From assembly GCA_963740905.1 (NCBI GenBank), contig CAVUFY010000012.1:213040-277039 (forward strand): a stretch of 64,000 bases of DNA, given 5' to 3'. The notes beneath the pieces were generated by a model. It was given only the letters and a program-made list of their open reading frames with translations. It did not search any database and was not told the origin of the DNA. Shown here piece by piece: positions 9,445 to 18,780 of the stretch. How positions within the stretch are numbered: the first letter of the stretch is position 1; each line of letters begins with the position of its first letter. The position numbers were made by a program, and so were the translations under genes. The DNA is from an uncultured delta proteobacterium (GTDB lineage: Bacteria > Desulfobacterota > DSM-4660 > Desulfatiglandales > HGW-15).

Positions 9445-9881
9445 TGGAATCATTTGAACCTGTCATTGTAGCTTTTTGCTGTCACTATTGCGCCTATACC
9501 GCGGCGGACATGGCCGGGAGCATGAGGCGCTGTTATCCTGCCAATGTCCATATCATAAAAGTCCCTTGTTCGGGAAAGGTGGATGCGCTCCATCTTTTGA
9601 AGGCATTTCAAAAGGGCGCCGACGGCGTCTACGTAGCCGGGTGCCTGGAAGGAGACTGTCATTTCAAGAACGGCAACATTCAGGCGGCTCGCAGGGTGGC
9701 GTACGTGAAACGGCTTCTGGACGAGATCGGCGTGGGTGGGGAAAGGCTTGAAATGATCACCATGTCAGCCGGCATGGGGGAGCGCTTTGCCGCTACAGCA
9801 GCGGATTTTACCGAAAAGATTCGCCGTCTTGGTCCTAATCCGGCGAAAAGGCCAGGGGTAGGCAAGAGGGCCACCGGTTGA
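9444..9881 (+). CDS. mvhD: MvhD/FlpD-like [2Fe-2S] protein; Cys form
   Basis: IVAFCCHYCAYTAADMAG...IIKVPCSGKVD...GADGVYVAGCLEGDCHFKNGN. The start overlaps the hdrA stop. Confidence 0.9.
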   Translation: MESFEPVIVAFCCHYCAYTAADMAGSMRRCYPANVHIIKVPCSGKVDALHLLKAFQKGADGVYVAGCLEGDCHFKNGNIQAARRVAYVKRLLDEIGVGGERLEMITMSAGMGERFAATAADFTEKIRRLGPNPAKRPGVGKRATG

Positions 9882-10002
9882 CCGGCTGGCTGAAACGCCA
9901 CAAGAGGGTTCCTTTCCTCCCGACTGGGAGGACAGGGTGAAATGGCTCCGATCCTTACAGGAATGAAGACGATCGGATGAGTGCAAAGGAGAAAGGAAAG
10001 AA

Positions 10003-10671
10003 ATGATCACTGCTGAACGAAAACCGATCCTGGAAATCATGGAATACGTCAGGCCCTTTGGCCGAATTCTTCTCCTGGGGTGCAACGAATGTGTCACGGT
10101 GTGCGCCGCAGGAGGTCGTAAGGAAGTGGGGCTCTTGTCCTCGGCTCTCCAGATGGCCTGTATGAAGGAAGGGAAAGTCCTGGATGTGAAGGAGATGACC
10201 CTGGAGCGACAGTGTGACCCCGAATATATTGAAGAGCTGCTTCCTGTCATCAACCAGGTGGATGCGGTCGTGTCGATGGCGTGCGGATGCGGGGTTCAAG
10301 AAGTGGCAAGGCGGTTCAAGGAGAAAGCCGTCTTTCCCGCGGTGAACACGAAATTCATGGGGGCATCAGAGCGGCAAGGTGTATGGGCAGAAAGATGTCA
10401 GGGCTGCGGGGATTGTGTGCTCGGATTGACAGGGGGAGTGTGCCCTATTGCCCGGTGTTCCAAGCGCTTGTTGAACGGCCCGTGTGGCGGTTCCAGTCGA
10501 GGGAAGTGTGAAATCAACCCTGACATCGATTGCGCCTGGCAGCTCATCTGGGACAGGCTAAAGGCTCTAGGGCAGGAAAAGCGTTATGAGGAAATCGCTG
10601 GTGCAAAAGATTGGAGGACCAGTCGCGACGGCGGCCCTAGAAAGATTATCAGAGAGGATCTGGCATCATGA
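10003..10671 (+). CDS. metV: MetV (MTHFR C-terminal-domain-like Zn/Fe-S protein)
   Basis: LLLGCNECVTVCAAGG...CQGCGDCVLGLTGGVCPIARCSKRLLNGPCGGSSRGKCE is characteristic of MetV. There is a 4-nt overlap with metF. Confidence 0.85.
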   Translation: MITAERKPILEIMEYVRPFGRILLLGCNECVTVCAAGGRKEVGLLSSALQMACMKEGKVLDVKEMTLERQCDPEYIEELLPVINQVDAVVSMACGCGVQEVARRFKEKAVFPAVNTKFMGASERQGVWAERCQGCGDCVLGLTGGVCPIARCSKRLLNGPCGGSSRGKCEINPDIDCAWQLIWDRLKALGQEKRYEEIAGAKDWRTSRDGGPRKIIREDLAS

Positions 10672-11591
10672 GAACGGAAAGTGCACTGGAAAAGGTATTG
10701 ACGGCAGGTCATGTGGCGGTGACGTCTGAATGCGGTCCCCCGCGAGGAGCATTGCCGGAGAAAATCAAAGAGAAGGCGGAAATGCTGCGCGGCTATGTGG
10801 ATGCCATCAATGTGACCGACAATCAGACGGCAATGGTACGCATGTCGAGTTTTGCCGCGTGTCTCATCATCAGGCAAATGGGGCTGAATCCCATCCTTCA
10901 AATGGTCACAAGGGATCGGAACCGACTGGCCATGCAAAGCGATATCATCGGTGCCTATTCTCATGGAATTAACACCATGCTTTGCCTTTCGGGAGATCAT
11001 CCCTGTTTTGGAGACCATCCCATGGCGGCAAACGTCTACGATCTGGACTCCATCCAGTTCATTCAGATGGTCAGAACCATGCGGGATAAAGGAAAATTCC
11101 AGGGAGGGGATGAGATCCTGAATCCCCCGAAAATGTTCATCGGCGCCGCGGCTAATCCCTTTGCCGATCCTTTCGAACTGCGGGTGGCCCGGCTGGCGAA
11201 GAAAGTCAATGCGGGAGCGGACTTTGTCCAGACTCAGTGTATCTATGACCTGGAAAGATTTGAAAAGTGGATGGAAGGAGTTCGGGACCGGGGGCTTCAT
11301 GAACGGATCAGCATTCTGGCAGGGGTTACACCTCTCAAGTCGGCCGGTATGGCCAAATACATGAAAAACAAGGTCCCCGGCATGATTGTTCCGGACGAAC
11401 TGATCAAGCGGATGTCAGGCGTTCCGAAGGAAAGGCAACCCGAGGAAGGGCTGAGTATTTGCGTGGAGACTATTCAGAGGCTTAAAGAGGTGAAGGGCGT
11501 CCGCGGTTTCCATATCATGGCCATCGAATGGGAGCAGAAGGTTCCCGAGATCGTGGAAAGGGCAGGGCTCTACCCTCGGCCTGCTGTGTAA
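10668..11591 (+). CDS. metF: Methylenetetrahydrofolate reductase MetF (paralog 2)
   Basis: VTSECGPPRG...INVTDNQTAMVRMSSFAACLIIRQMGLNPILQMVTRDRNRLAMQSDIIGAYSHGINTMLCLSGD. Confidence 0.9.
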   Translation: MRTESALEKVLTAGHVAVTSECGPPRGALPEKIKEKAEMLRGYVDAINVTDNQTAMVRMSSFAACLIIRQMGLNPILQMVTRDRNRLAMQSDIIGAYSHGINTMLCLSGDHPCFGDHPMAANVYDLDSIQFIQMVRTMRDKGKFQGGDEILNPPKMFIGAAANPFADPFELRVARLAKKVNAGADFVQTQCIYDLERFEKWMEGVRDRGLHERISILAGVTPLKSAGMAKYMKNKVPGMIVPDELIKRMSGVPKERQPEEGLSICVETIQRLKEVKGVRGFHIMAIEWEQKVPEIVERAGLYPRPAV

Positions 11592-11685
11592 GAGGCATGG
11601 AAGCTTGGCGAGCCTGATGCCCTCCGGGGCGGAGAAGGTAAGGTGGGAGCGAACAATCTGAGCAACAGAACAAGGAGGAAAATCG

Positions 11686-12072
11686 ATGGACAACAAGAAG
11701 CTCATCTTGGTGGTGGATGATGATCCTGACCTGGTGGAAGCCATATCCATGAAACTCGTCAGCGAAAACTACCGGGTTGCTAAAGCCTATGACGGCATCC
11801 AGGCCTGGGACCGGATCAAGCAGGAAAGACCTCACTTGGTCATCCTGGATGTGATGATGCCTAACAAGGATGGCTACACGGTGTGTAACGAGCTGAAGAA
11901 AGATCCCCAGTACGAAAACATCACCGTGGTCCTGCTGACTGCGGTGGGGGAAGCCGTGACTTCCACCAAATACACCCACATGGACGGTAAGACAGCGCTG
12001 GCGGACGAATTTATCCCGAAGCCGGTTGATCTGGACAGTCTTATGGAGATAGTGAAGGACTACACCCGGTAA
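11686..12072 (+). CDS. Single-domain response regulator (REC)
   Basis: KLILVVDDDPDL...HLVILDVMMPNKDG...FIPKP. Confidence 0.85.
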   Translation: MDNKKLILVVDDDPDLVEAISMKLVSENYRVAKAYDGIQAWDRIKQERPHLVILDVMMPNKDGYTVCNELKKDPQYENITVVLLTAVGEAVTSTKYTHMDGKTALADEFIPKPVDLDSLMEIVKDYTR

Positions 12073-12075
12073 GGG

Positions 12076-12582
12076 ATGGAGCGAACGGGGCCGTCAATGT
12101 TCGAAAAGATCCCCATGGATGGGGTGAAGGTGGTCGGCGAACTGGTCCGCTTGAACGTCGGAGGAGCATCTCTCCAGCGGGAGGGAATGGTGGATGTGCT
12201 TCGGGGTCTGGCTCAATGCCGGATCAACCTGAACATGTTCATAGGCGGAGAAGAGGAAGAAGGGATTCAGTTTTCATGCTGCGTGGCTGCCACGGATGAA
12301 AGCGGTGTGAGGAAATTGACCGGCTCGATGTCTGATCTCCAGGAAAGCATCCAGTTTCATACTCCCGTCGATCTGCTTACGGTGTTTCCGCACCAGTTCA
12401 AGCTGAAAGTCTTGGGTTTGGGCTTGATGGCGTTTGCAAGGGCGAATGTCCCCATCTACGGTTTCTGTTCTTCTTTGTCCGCACTCACTTTCATCACCGA
12501 TCACATCCATTCCGAGAGAGCTCTTGCCGTCCTAGGGAACTGTTTCGAACTTCCAACAAGGTCGCCCAGAATTTCCTGCTGA
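12076..12582 (+). CDS. ACT-like (aspartate-kinase C-terminal-like) domain protein, paralog A
   Basis: Two beta-alpha-beta-beta-alpha-beta-like halves. The second half (LLTVFPHQFKLKVLGLGLMAFARANVPIYGFCSSLSALTFITDHIHSERALAVLGNCFEL) resembles ACT repeats. This is a weak call from pattern only. Confidence 0.4.
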   Translation: MERTGPSMFEKIPMDGVKVVGELVRLNVGGASLQREGMVDVLRGLAQCRINLNMFIGGEEEEGIQFSCCVAATDESGVRKLTGSMSDLQESIQFHTPVDLLTVFPHQFKLKVLGLGLMAFARANVPIYGFCSSLSALTFITDHIHSERALAVLGNCFELPTRSPRISC

Positions 12583-12614
12583 ATGATAAGGCCATACTAT
12601 CTCCGGGTCATGCA

Positions 12615-13142
12615 TTGGAAACCACTGCTTCATACTGGGAGTCTCGGATCAAGACCTACGGGTTCCACAGGTTAACGAATCTTGTTCTGTTCGAGATGGC
12701 CGCAGCAGGCGCCGGAATGGATTCGCTGGGACTTGCTTTTTGTCGGATGGGAGAAGCAAACATCGGATTCCATCTCGTATTCTCCCGAGAATCTTCGGAG
12801 GGGATGGTCATCTGTCTTCTCGTGCCGGCGCGCCAGGCCGGGGCCGTAAGACATCACATCGATCAGTCAGTTCCCGGCGGTTCTGCGAAAATCATCCGGC
12901 GGAGCAGTGCCGCCGACCTTGTGTTTTTCCAGGGGCCCCATTTTGGAGACCGATACGGGATCCTCGATATTGCCGTTCAGGCCTTGACAGCCAGAGGGAT
13001 CCGGATGATGGGCATAGCGTGCTCGGGAGCATGCATTTACATGGCTGTGCCCGAAGGCCGATCGGAGGAGGCGGTTGTGGCTTTGGGTGAATGTTTTGAA
13101 ATTCCCAAGCTCTCCGGCCGTAAGTCTCCAGCAGCCGTTTGA
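12615..13142 (+). CDS. ACT-like domain protein, paralog B
   Basis: DLVFFQGPHFGDRYGILDIAVQALTARGIRMMGIACSGACIYMAVPEGRSEEAVVALGECFEIP parallels the preceding gene. Confidence 0.4.
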   Translation: METTASYWESRIKTYGFHRLTNLVLFEMAAAGAGMDSLGLAFCRMGEANIGFHLVFSRESSEGMVICLLVPARQAGAVRHHIDQSVPGGSAKIIRRSSAADLVFFQGPHFGDRYGILDIAVQALTARGIRMMGIACSGACIYMAVPEGRSEEAVVALGECFEIPKLSGRKSPAAV

Positions 13143-13152
13143 ATGTGGTATT

Positions 13153-14673
13153 ATGAACGAAAAAACCATTGCAGAAAAAGACTGGCGATTAAGGGTGTTC
13201 GACTCCCTTTCCTTCCCCAGCCTTATCCTGAGGCCTGACAAAACCATCGTCACGGCGAACCAGAAACTCCTCGACAAATTCGGCATGGAGATGAACGAAA
13301 TCGTGGGGAAAACCTGTCACGAAATCTTCTACCAGTCGAAAACATCCTGCTCCATGAATATGTGTCCTCTTCCGAGAGTGTTGGCCTACGGCGAGGGACA
13401 CTCGGTTCTGCGCCAGGTTGTCCGCGGGGATGGTGACGAAGCCTGGGAGGATCGTGTCTTTTCGCCCATCCTGGACGACAAGGGCCAGGTCATTTACGTC
13501 TTGGAAAGCCTCCGGGATGTAACGAGGATCAAAACCCTCGAAAAAGCTCTGGAAGAGACCAGAGAGTTTCTTGAGAAGGTTGTTCAGAGCTCGGTCAGTG
13601 CCATCGTTGCTGCGGACCGGGACGGCAATCTCCTGATCATGAACCGGGCGTCTGAAGAACTTTTCGGTTTTTCCCTTAAGGAGGCAGCGGGTACGAAAAC
13701 CGTGGAAGACCTGTATCCCCCGGGAAAGGCCAAAGAGATTATGCGAGCGCTCAGAGACGGAAAAAGGGGAGGAAAGGGCAAGCTCCCCGCGACAAAAATC
13801 ATGATAATGAATGCAAAAGGTGTGGAAATCCCGGTGGAGATCACCGCCTCGATCATCTACGAGGATGGGAAGGAACTGGCAACCATGGGGATCTACAATG
13901 ATCTCAGGGAAAGGCTGGCCGTGGAAAAGGTCCTAAAGGAAACCCAGGCCCAGCTCGCCCAATCGGAGAAGTTGGCGTCCCTCGGTCAACTGGCGGCAGG
14001 AGTGGCCCATGAGATCAACAACCCCCTCACGGGAATCCTGCTGTATGCGAGCATGGCCCTCGAGAAGCTGGGTAAGAATGATCCCTTGTGCGAGCACTTG
14101 AAATACGTCGTGGAAGACGTGAATCGATGTAAAGGGATTGTGAAAAACCTGCTTGCCTACAGCAGACGATCGACGACGACCAAAGAAATCATCCCTCTCA
14201 ACGACCTGGTAAATCAGAGCTTGAATCTGATCCGCGATCAGAAAGTCTTCGGAAATATTATAGTCAGTAAAGAAATGTCGGGAGAGCTTATTCTCATCCA
14301 TGGAGATAGAAACCAGTTGGCCCAGGTGATCATCAACCTCGTCATGAACTCGAGCGGCGCCATGGATGGAGAAGGGGTGCTCACCTTCCGTACCTATCGG
14401 GATAAGCCGAACAAGAAGGCCTATCTTGAAGTGAGTGATACAGGCTGTGGAATCCCCCCAGGGAACCTTCCGAGAATTTTCGATCCTTTTTTTACAACGA
14501 AGGAGCCCGGCAAGGGCACAGGGCTGGGGCTCAGCACTTCCCTCGGCATCATCCAGGAAAGCGGAGGGAATATTTCCGTCAAGGAAACGGCTCCTCAGGG
14601 GACCACTTTTCTTGTGGAACTTCCCCTCTTTGTTCCTTCGGAAGATCCCGAGGAGTCCATAGAACAGCAATGA
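13153..14673 (+). CDS. PAS/PAS sensor histidine kinase
   Basis: PAS domain with a Cys cluster (KTCHEIFYQSKTSCSMNMCPLP), H-box LAAGVAHEINNPL, and HATPase N/G boxes (VINLVMNS, DTGCGI, GKGTGLGLS). The ATG at 13153 follows the upstream stop. Confidence 0.9.
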   Translation: MNEKTIAEKDWRLRVFDSLSFPSLILRPDKTIVTANQKLLDKFGMEMNEIVGKTCHEIFYQSKTSCSMNMCPLPRVLAYGEGHSVLRQVVRGDGDEAWEDRVFSPILDDKGQVIYVLESLRDVTRIKTLEKALEETREFLEKVVQSSVSAIVAADRDGNLLIMNRASEELFGFSLKEAAGTKTVEDLYPPGKAKEIMRALRDGKRGGKGKLPATKIMIMNAKGVEIPVEITASIIYEDGKELATMGIYNDLRERLAVEKVLKETQAQLAQSEKLASLGQLAAGVAHEINNPLTGILLYASMALEKLGKNDPLCEHLKYVVEDVNRCKGIVKNLLAYSRRSTTTKEIIPLNDLVNQSLNLIRDQKVFGNIIVSKEMSGELILIHGDRNQLAQVIINLVMNSSGAMDGEGVLTFRTYRDKPNKKAYLEVSDTGCGIPPGNLPRIFDPFFTTKEPGKGTGLGLSTSLGIIQESGGNISVKETAPQGTTFLVELPLFVPSEDPEESIEQQ

Positions 14674-16175
14674 CTGAAAAGGAACAGGAACCCCGGACGA
14701 TGAAAGAAAATGGAAAATCCCCGAACGCTTATGGCACCCGGATTTTGGTCGTAGACGACGAGAAAAGAATTCGGGACGGCTGTCAAAGCATCCTCAAAGC
14801 CGAAGGCTTTGAAGTGGAGGTGGCTGAGAACGGTTACGCCGGATTGGCCAAGATCGAGGAACAGCACTTCGACATTATCCTCCTCGATCTTATGATGCCT
14901 GGCCTGCGAGGCATCGACTTGCTGGATCACGTAAAATCTCGGCACCCCGACACGCTTGTCATCGTGATCACGGGGTACGCCACCCTAGAGCATGCCATCG
15001 AAGCCATGAAGAAAGGAGCCTTTGACTTCATTTCAAAGCCCTTTGCACCGGAGGACTTGAGGGCGGTGATCGGCAAGGCGATCGAGTATATTCGAACCCT
15101 TGAAGATATCTCTCACGAGAAATCGCGGATCCGTGTGCTGATCAACCACATTTCAGATGGGGTGATGGCCACAGACGCCGAAAAGCGGGTGGCCTTGGCC
15201 AACCCGGCATTTCTAAAGAGCATCGGCTATCAGGGCGAAAGTGCGATCGGAGTGCCGGTAAAGGACCTGGTTCAGAATGAAAGACTCCTGCAGATGATCG
15301 ATGAAGCGCTTTCCATGCCTGCGGAACAGTTCACCGAACTGACGGAAGAATTCGAGGAGGGGTCCCTTTCGAAATCGAAAGGCGAGCCAACTGTCATGGC
15401 CGTGAGATGCGTGCCCTTCAGGGACAGGCTTCACCGGAACATGGGGACCTTGACGGTCATGCACGACATCACTGCTCAGAGAAAAATAGACAAGGTTAAA
15501 TCGGAGTTCGTTTCCATGGTGGCCCACGAGATCAAAAGCCCCATGAATTCGGTCCTCGCTCTGGTTAAAGTCATTCAGGACGGCCTGGCAGGGGACCTTA
15601 CTGAGAAGCAGCAGGAAATCCTGGGAAGGGTCTCGGAAAAGATCAAAGGCCTCTCAGATCTTGCAGCCGATCTTCTTGACCTTTCCCGGATCGAGTCAGG
15701 GTTGATCACCATGGAAAAAGAGAGGCTCCATGCGGTCACCCTCCTGGAAGAGCAAGTGGCGTTTCAACAGACCAGAGCGCAGAGCAAGGGCATCCATCTC
15801 CAACTGGAGCCTGTTCCGGAACTCCCGCCCGTTCTTGCCAACAAACGCTCGATCGAAGAAGTGATCTCCAATCTCCTTACCAACGCCATTAAGTACACGC
15901 CCGAAGGAGGGGAGGTAACGGTTTCGGCTGTTGGAGAAAAAGACTACCTTCATATCAGCGTCAAGGACACCGGATTCGGCATTGCCCAGGAAGATCTGGG
16001 TAGGATCTTTGATCGGTTCTATCGGGTGAAGGATGATCGGACCCGATTCATCTCAGGCACGGGGCTTGGCCTCGACATCGTAAAGAGCATTGTGGAAGCC
16101 CACAACGGAAGGGTGAAGGCGGAAAGCGTGCCGAATCAAGGTTCGACCTTTCATGTCTTTCTGCCGATCATGTAA
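14670..16175 (+). CDS. Hybrid REC-PAS-histidine kinase
   Basis: ILVVDDE...DIILLDLMMPG...SKPF (REC domain), SMVAHEIKSPMN (H-box) and DTGFGI...GTGLGLDIV (ATPase). ATGA overlap with the upstream kinase. Confidence 0.9.
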   Translation: MTEKEQEPRTMKENGKSPNAYGTRILVVDDEKRIRDGCQSILKAEGFEVEVAENGYAGLAKIEEQHFDIILLDLMMPGLRGIDLLDHVKSRHPDTLVIVITGYATLEHAIEAMKKGAFDFISKPFAPEDLRAVIGKAIEYIRTLEDISHEKSRIRVLINHISDGVMATDAEKRVALANPAFLKSIGYQGESAIGVPVKDLVQNERLLQMIDEALSMPAEQFTELTEEFEEGSLSKSKGEPTVMAVRCVPFRDRLHRNMGTLTVMHDITAQRKIDKVKSEFVSMVAHEIKSPMNSVLALVKVIQDGLAGDLTEKQQEILGRVSEKIKGLSDLAADLLDLSRIESGLITMEKERLHAVTLLEEQVAFQQTRAQSKGIHLQLEPVPELPPVLANKRSIEEVISNLLTNAIKYTPEGGEVTVSAVGEKDYLHISVKDTGFGIAQEDLGRIFDRFYRVKDDRTRFISGTGLGLDIVKSIVEAHNGRVKAESVPNQGSTFHVFLPIM

Positions 16176-16249
16176 GCCTGAGGCGGGACGAAGATTTTCG
16201 GACTCGACATTCCCGCCACACAGCGGCCGAAGATAGACATTTTGAACGG

Positions 16250-17026
16250 TTACTTTCCCGTCCACTTGGGCTTCCGTTTGTTCAGAAACGCATCAACCCC
16301 TTCCTTGGCGTCTTCCGTCACGCACAAAGCGGCAAAAAGTTCGTTCGTGTATGCGAGGGCTTTGCCGTATTCCAGATCGGACATGCCGTAGAAAGCCTCT
16401 TTCCCCATCTGGAGAGCAAGAGGGCTCTTGCTTGCCAGCTTGTTGGCAAGGGCCATGGTCTCTTCCTCAAGCTTTTCAGGAGGAACCACCTTGTTGACCA
16501 TCCCCCAACGTTCGGCATCGCGCGCATCGACCAGATCACCGGTCATAAGCATCTCGAGGCATCGCTTTCTGCCGAGGGATCTGGACATAGGGACAGCCGG
16601 GCCCATGCAAAAAAGTCCCACGTTTATGGCAGTCGCACCGATCTTGGTCCCTTCGGCGACGACGGCAAGGTCGCAGGCTGCGATTATGCCTGCGCCGTTG
16701 GCTACGGCATAGCCGTGAGCCGAGGCAATGACCGGCTTTTTCATGGATCCGATGATATAAACCGCCCGCTCCATGAGGCCAACCCATTCTCTGTACTCCT
16801 GAAGAGTCTTTCCGAAGAATTCGGAGACATCAATGCCCGTGCAAAACGCTTTCCCTGCCCCTTTGATCACAATAACGCGGATAGAGCCGTCCATCTCAAG
16901 TTCAAGGAGGGCCTTGCACAATTCCTGCGCAAGGGAAGTGTTGAAGGTATTTAACTGGTCTGGGCGATTCAGGATGATGATTCCAACCTGTTCTTTTCTC
17001 TCCACGATAAGACTCTGGTAAGACAT
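16250..17026 (-). CDS. Enoyl-CoA hydratase/isomerase (crotonase) family
   Basis: IILNRPDQLN...VIVIKGAGKAFCTGIDV...ASAHGYAVANGAGIIAACDLAV. GAGGAGG RBS upstream of the ATG at 17026. Confidence 0.9.
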   Translation of the reverse strand: MSYQSLIVERKEQVGIIILNRPDQLNTFNTSLAQELCKALLELEMDGSIRVIVIKGAGKAFCTGIDVSEFFGKTLQEYREWVGLMERAVYIIGSMKKPVIASAHGYAVANGAGIIAACDLAVVAEGTKIGATAINVGLFCMGPAVPMSRSLGRKRCLEMLMTGDLVDARDAERWGMVNKVVPPEKLEEETMALANKLASKSPLALQMGKEAFYGMSDLEYGKALAYTNELFAALCVTEDAKEGVDAFLNKRKPKWTGK

Positions 17027-17070
17027 GGCAGCCTCCTCATTAGGCTTTTTGAACGAAGGGGTCAACTACG

Positions 17071-17472
17071 CTAAGTCGCCCTGACTATGAATTCGGGGGG
17101 ATTCAGAATCTGCTTTTTGACGGTGCAAAGGTCCATGGCCTTCACCACAGCCTTTTTATATCCATCCGGAAAGCTGGCCGGCAACCTAAGCTCTATGTCT
17201 ATCTTCTCTATGGCGTGTTTCTTCTCATCCCATTCATAGGTCATGGTTAGGGTCATCTCCTCGCCGGGTATCCCACGGGCCCGGCAGAATTCCAGGGCAT
17301 AGATGCCTGCACAAGTTGCAATCGACGCCAGGAAAAGCTGAAAAGGCGCGGGCGCAATCCCTTCACCACCGCGATCCCTGTTCTGGTCGGTAGGTATCAG
17401 GACGCCATCCATCTGGGCATTCACCCTTTTTCCGCCGGGGAAAGAAACTTCGATCATCTTTTTCACCGTCAC
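17071..17472 (-). CDS. OsmC/Ohr-family protein
   Basis: GGEGIAPAPFQLFLASIATCAGIYALEF...AMDLCTVKK. Confidence 0.75.
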   Translation of the reverse strand: MTVKKMIEVSFPGGKRVNAQMDGVLIPTDQNRDRGGEGIAPAPFQLFLASIATCAGIYALEFCRARGIPGEEMTLTMTYEWDEKKHAIEKIDIELRLPASFPDGYKKAVVKAMDLCTVKKQILNPPEFIVRAT

Positions 17473-17612
17473 AGCACCTCCATGTGCTTCATATCACAGA
17501 GACCCTTTTCTGTTCAACACCTACCAATCGCTCTAGGAGTCTTAATCTGCAACTTCTTCGCAGGTTGCGAGTTACACTTTGCCGCCCCATGGGGAGGCTC
17601 AGGACATACTGT

Positions 17613-17639
17613 GGTTGCGGCCAAAAGCCTGCATTAGGA
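17613..17639. repeat. 27-nt dispersed motif, copy 2
   Basis: ggttgcggccaaaagcctgcattagga, located in the wtpC-osmC intergenic region. Confidence 0.5.
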
Positions 17640-17742
17640 GGTCTGTCCGACAACTTCCTCTTATCGTCCAGGAATGCCAAGATTTCCGGTTGCCACCTCG
17701 AAATAACATTGTGATGCAGCGCGCCGGAGGGAAAGAGCAGGT

Positions 17743-18780
17743 CTAAAAGGTATGGACCGAGGCGGGATCAAAGGAGATGAAAACGTCCATCCCTTCACGT
17801 AACCCCAAATCGACAAGCGATTTTTTGGTCACCAGCGCTCTGAAAGTGAGATCATCCGTTCTCACATGAACTTCATAAGTGAATCCCTGGCCCACCACTG
17901 TCGAAACGACCCCGGGAAAGGAGTTTCCCCGGTTTGAAAGGAAAGGAACGCTATTGACTGTGATGTCTTCCGGTCGAATTGCCAAATGCCGGTGATGATG
18001 CTCGGGTTGGTGGCTTAATAGAACCTGGCATCCCTTTACACGTGCGGTGCCCTTCTGAAATCTCGCTTCAAAGAGGTTCTTCATGCCCACGAATTCGGCC
18101 ACGGCCATAGAGACAGGACTGTGAAAGATATCATGGATGGTACCTACCTGTTCGATTGAGCCCTGGTGAATGACGGCTCCCCGGTCGGCCAGGGCCAGGG
18201 CTTCGCCGAAATCATGGGTCACCATCAGAAAGGTCGTCGTGGAGTTCTGATGGAGCAGCTTTAGGGCGTTGCGGATTTCCTCCCTGAAAACGGGATCGAT
18301 GGCGGAGAGGGGTTCGTCCAGGAGAAGGACGTGGGGTTGGACGATGAGGGCTCTTGCCAGGGCAACGCGCTGTTTTTCTCCTCCGCTCAGGTTAACAGGG
18401 AGCCTGGAAAGCAAGTGGCCGATGCTCAGCGATTCGGTCAGAATTTCGAGCCGGCTTTTCCCTTCTTCCCTGCTCAGGCGGTGGAAACGCAGACCGTAGG
18501 TGACGTTTTCTTTTACACTCAGGTGGGGGAAAAGGGCTTGGTCCTGATAGACGATGCCCACTTCCCTTTTCTCGGAAGGCAGTGCGGTGACGTCTCTTCC
18601 CTGGATGAAGATTTTTCCTCCATCTGCGCGAATCAGCCCGGCGATGGCTTCAAGAAGGACGGTCTTGCCTGCCCCCGTAGGCCCCATGAGCATGAAGAAT
18701 TCGTTCTTTTCAACCTCCAGGTTGATGTTCCTGAGATGAAATGCCAGGAGCCGGATATTCAAATCTTCGATCTTGATCAT
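17743..18780 (-). CDS. wtpC: Molybdate/tungstate ABC transporter ATPase with a C-terminal TOBE-like domain
   Basis: GPTGAGKT, LSGGEKQRVALARAL and LLLDEP motifs. The C-terminal beta-rich tail is typical of ModC/WtpC. Confidence 0.85.
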   Translation of the reverse strand: MIKIEDLNIRLLAFHLRNINLEVEKNEFFMLMGPTGAGKTVLLEAIAGLIRADGGKIFIQGRDVTALPSEKREVGIVYQDQALFPHLSVKENVTYGLRFHRLSREEGKSRLEILTESLSIGHLLSRLPVNLSGGEKQRVALARALIVQPHVLLLDEPLSAIDPVFREEIRNALKLLHQNSTTTFLMVTHDFGEALALADRGAVIHQGSIEQVGTIHDIFHSPVSMAVAEFVGMKNLFEARFQKGTARVKGCQVLLSHQPEHHHRHLAIRPEDITVNSVPFLSNRGNSFPGVVSTVVGQGFTYEVHVRTDDLTFRALVTKKSLVDLGLREGMDVFISFDPASVHTF

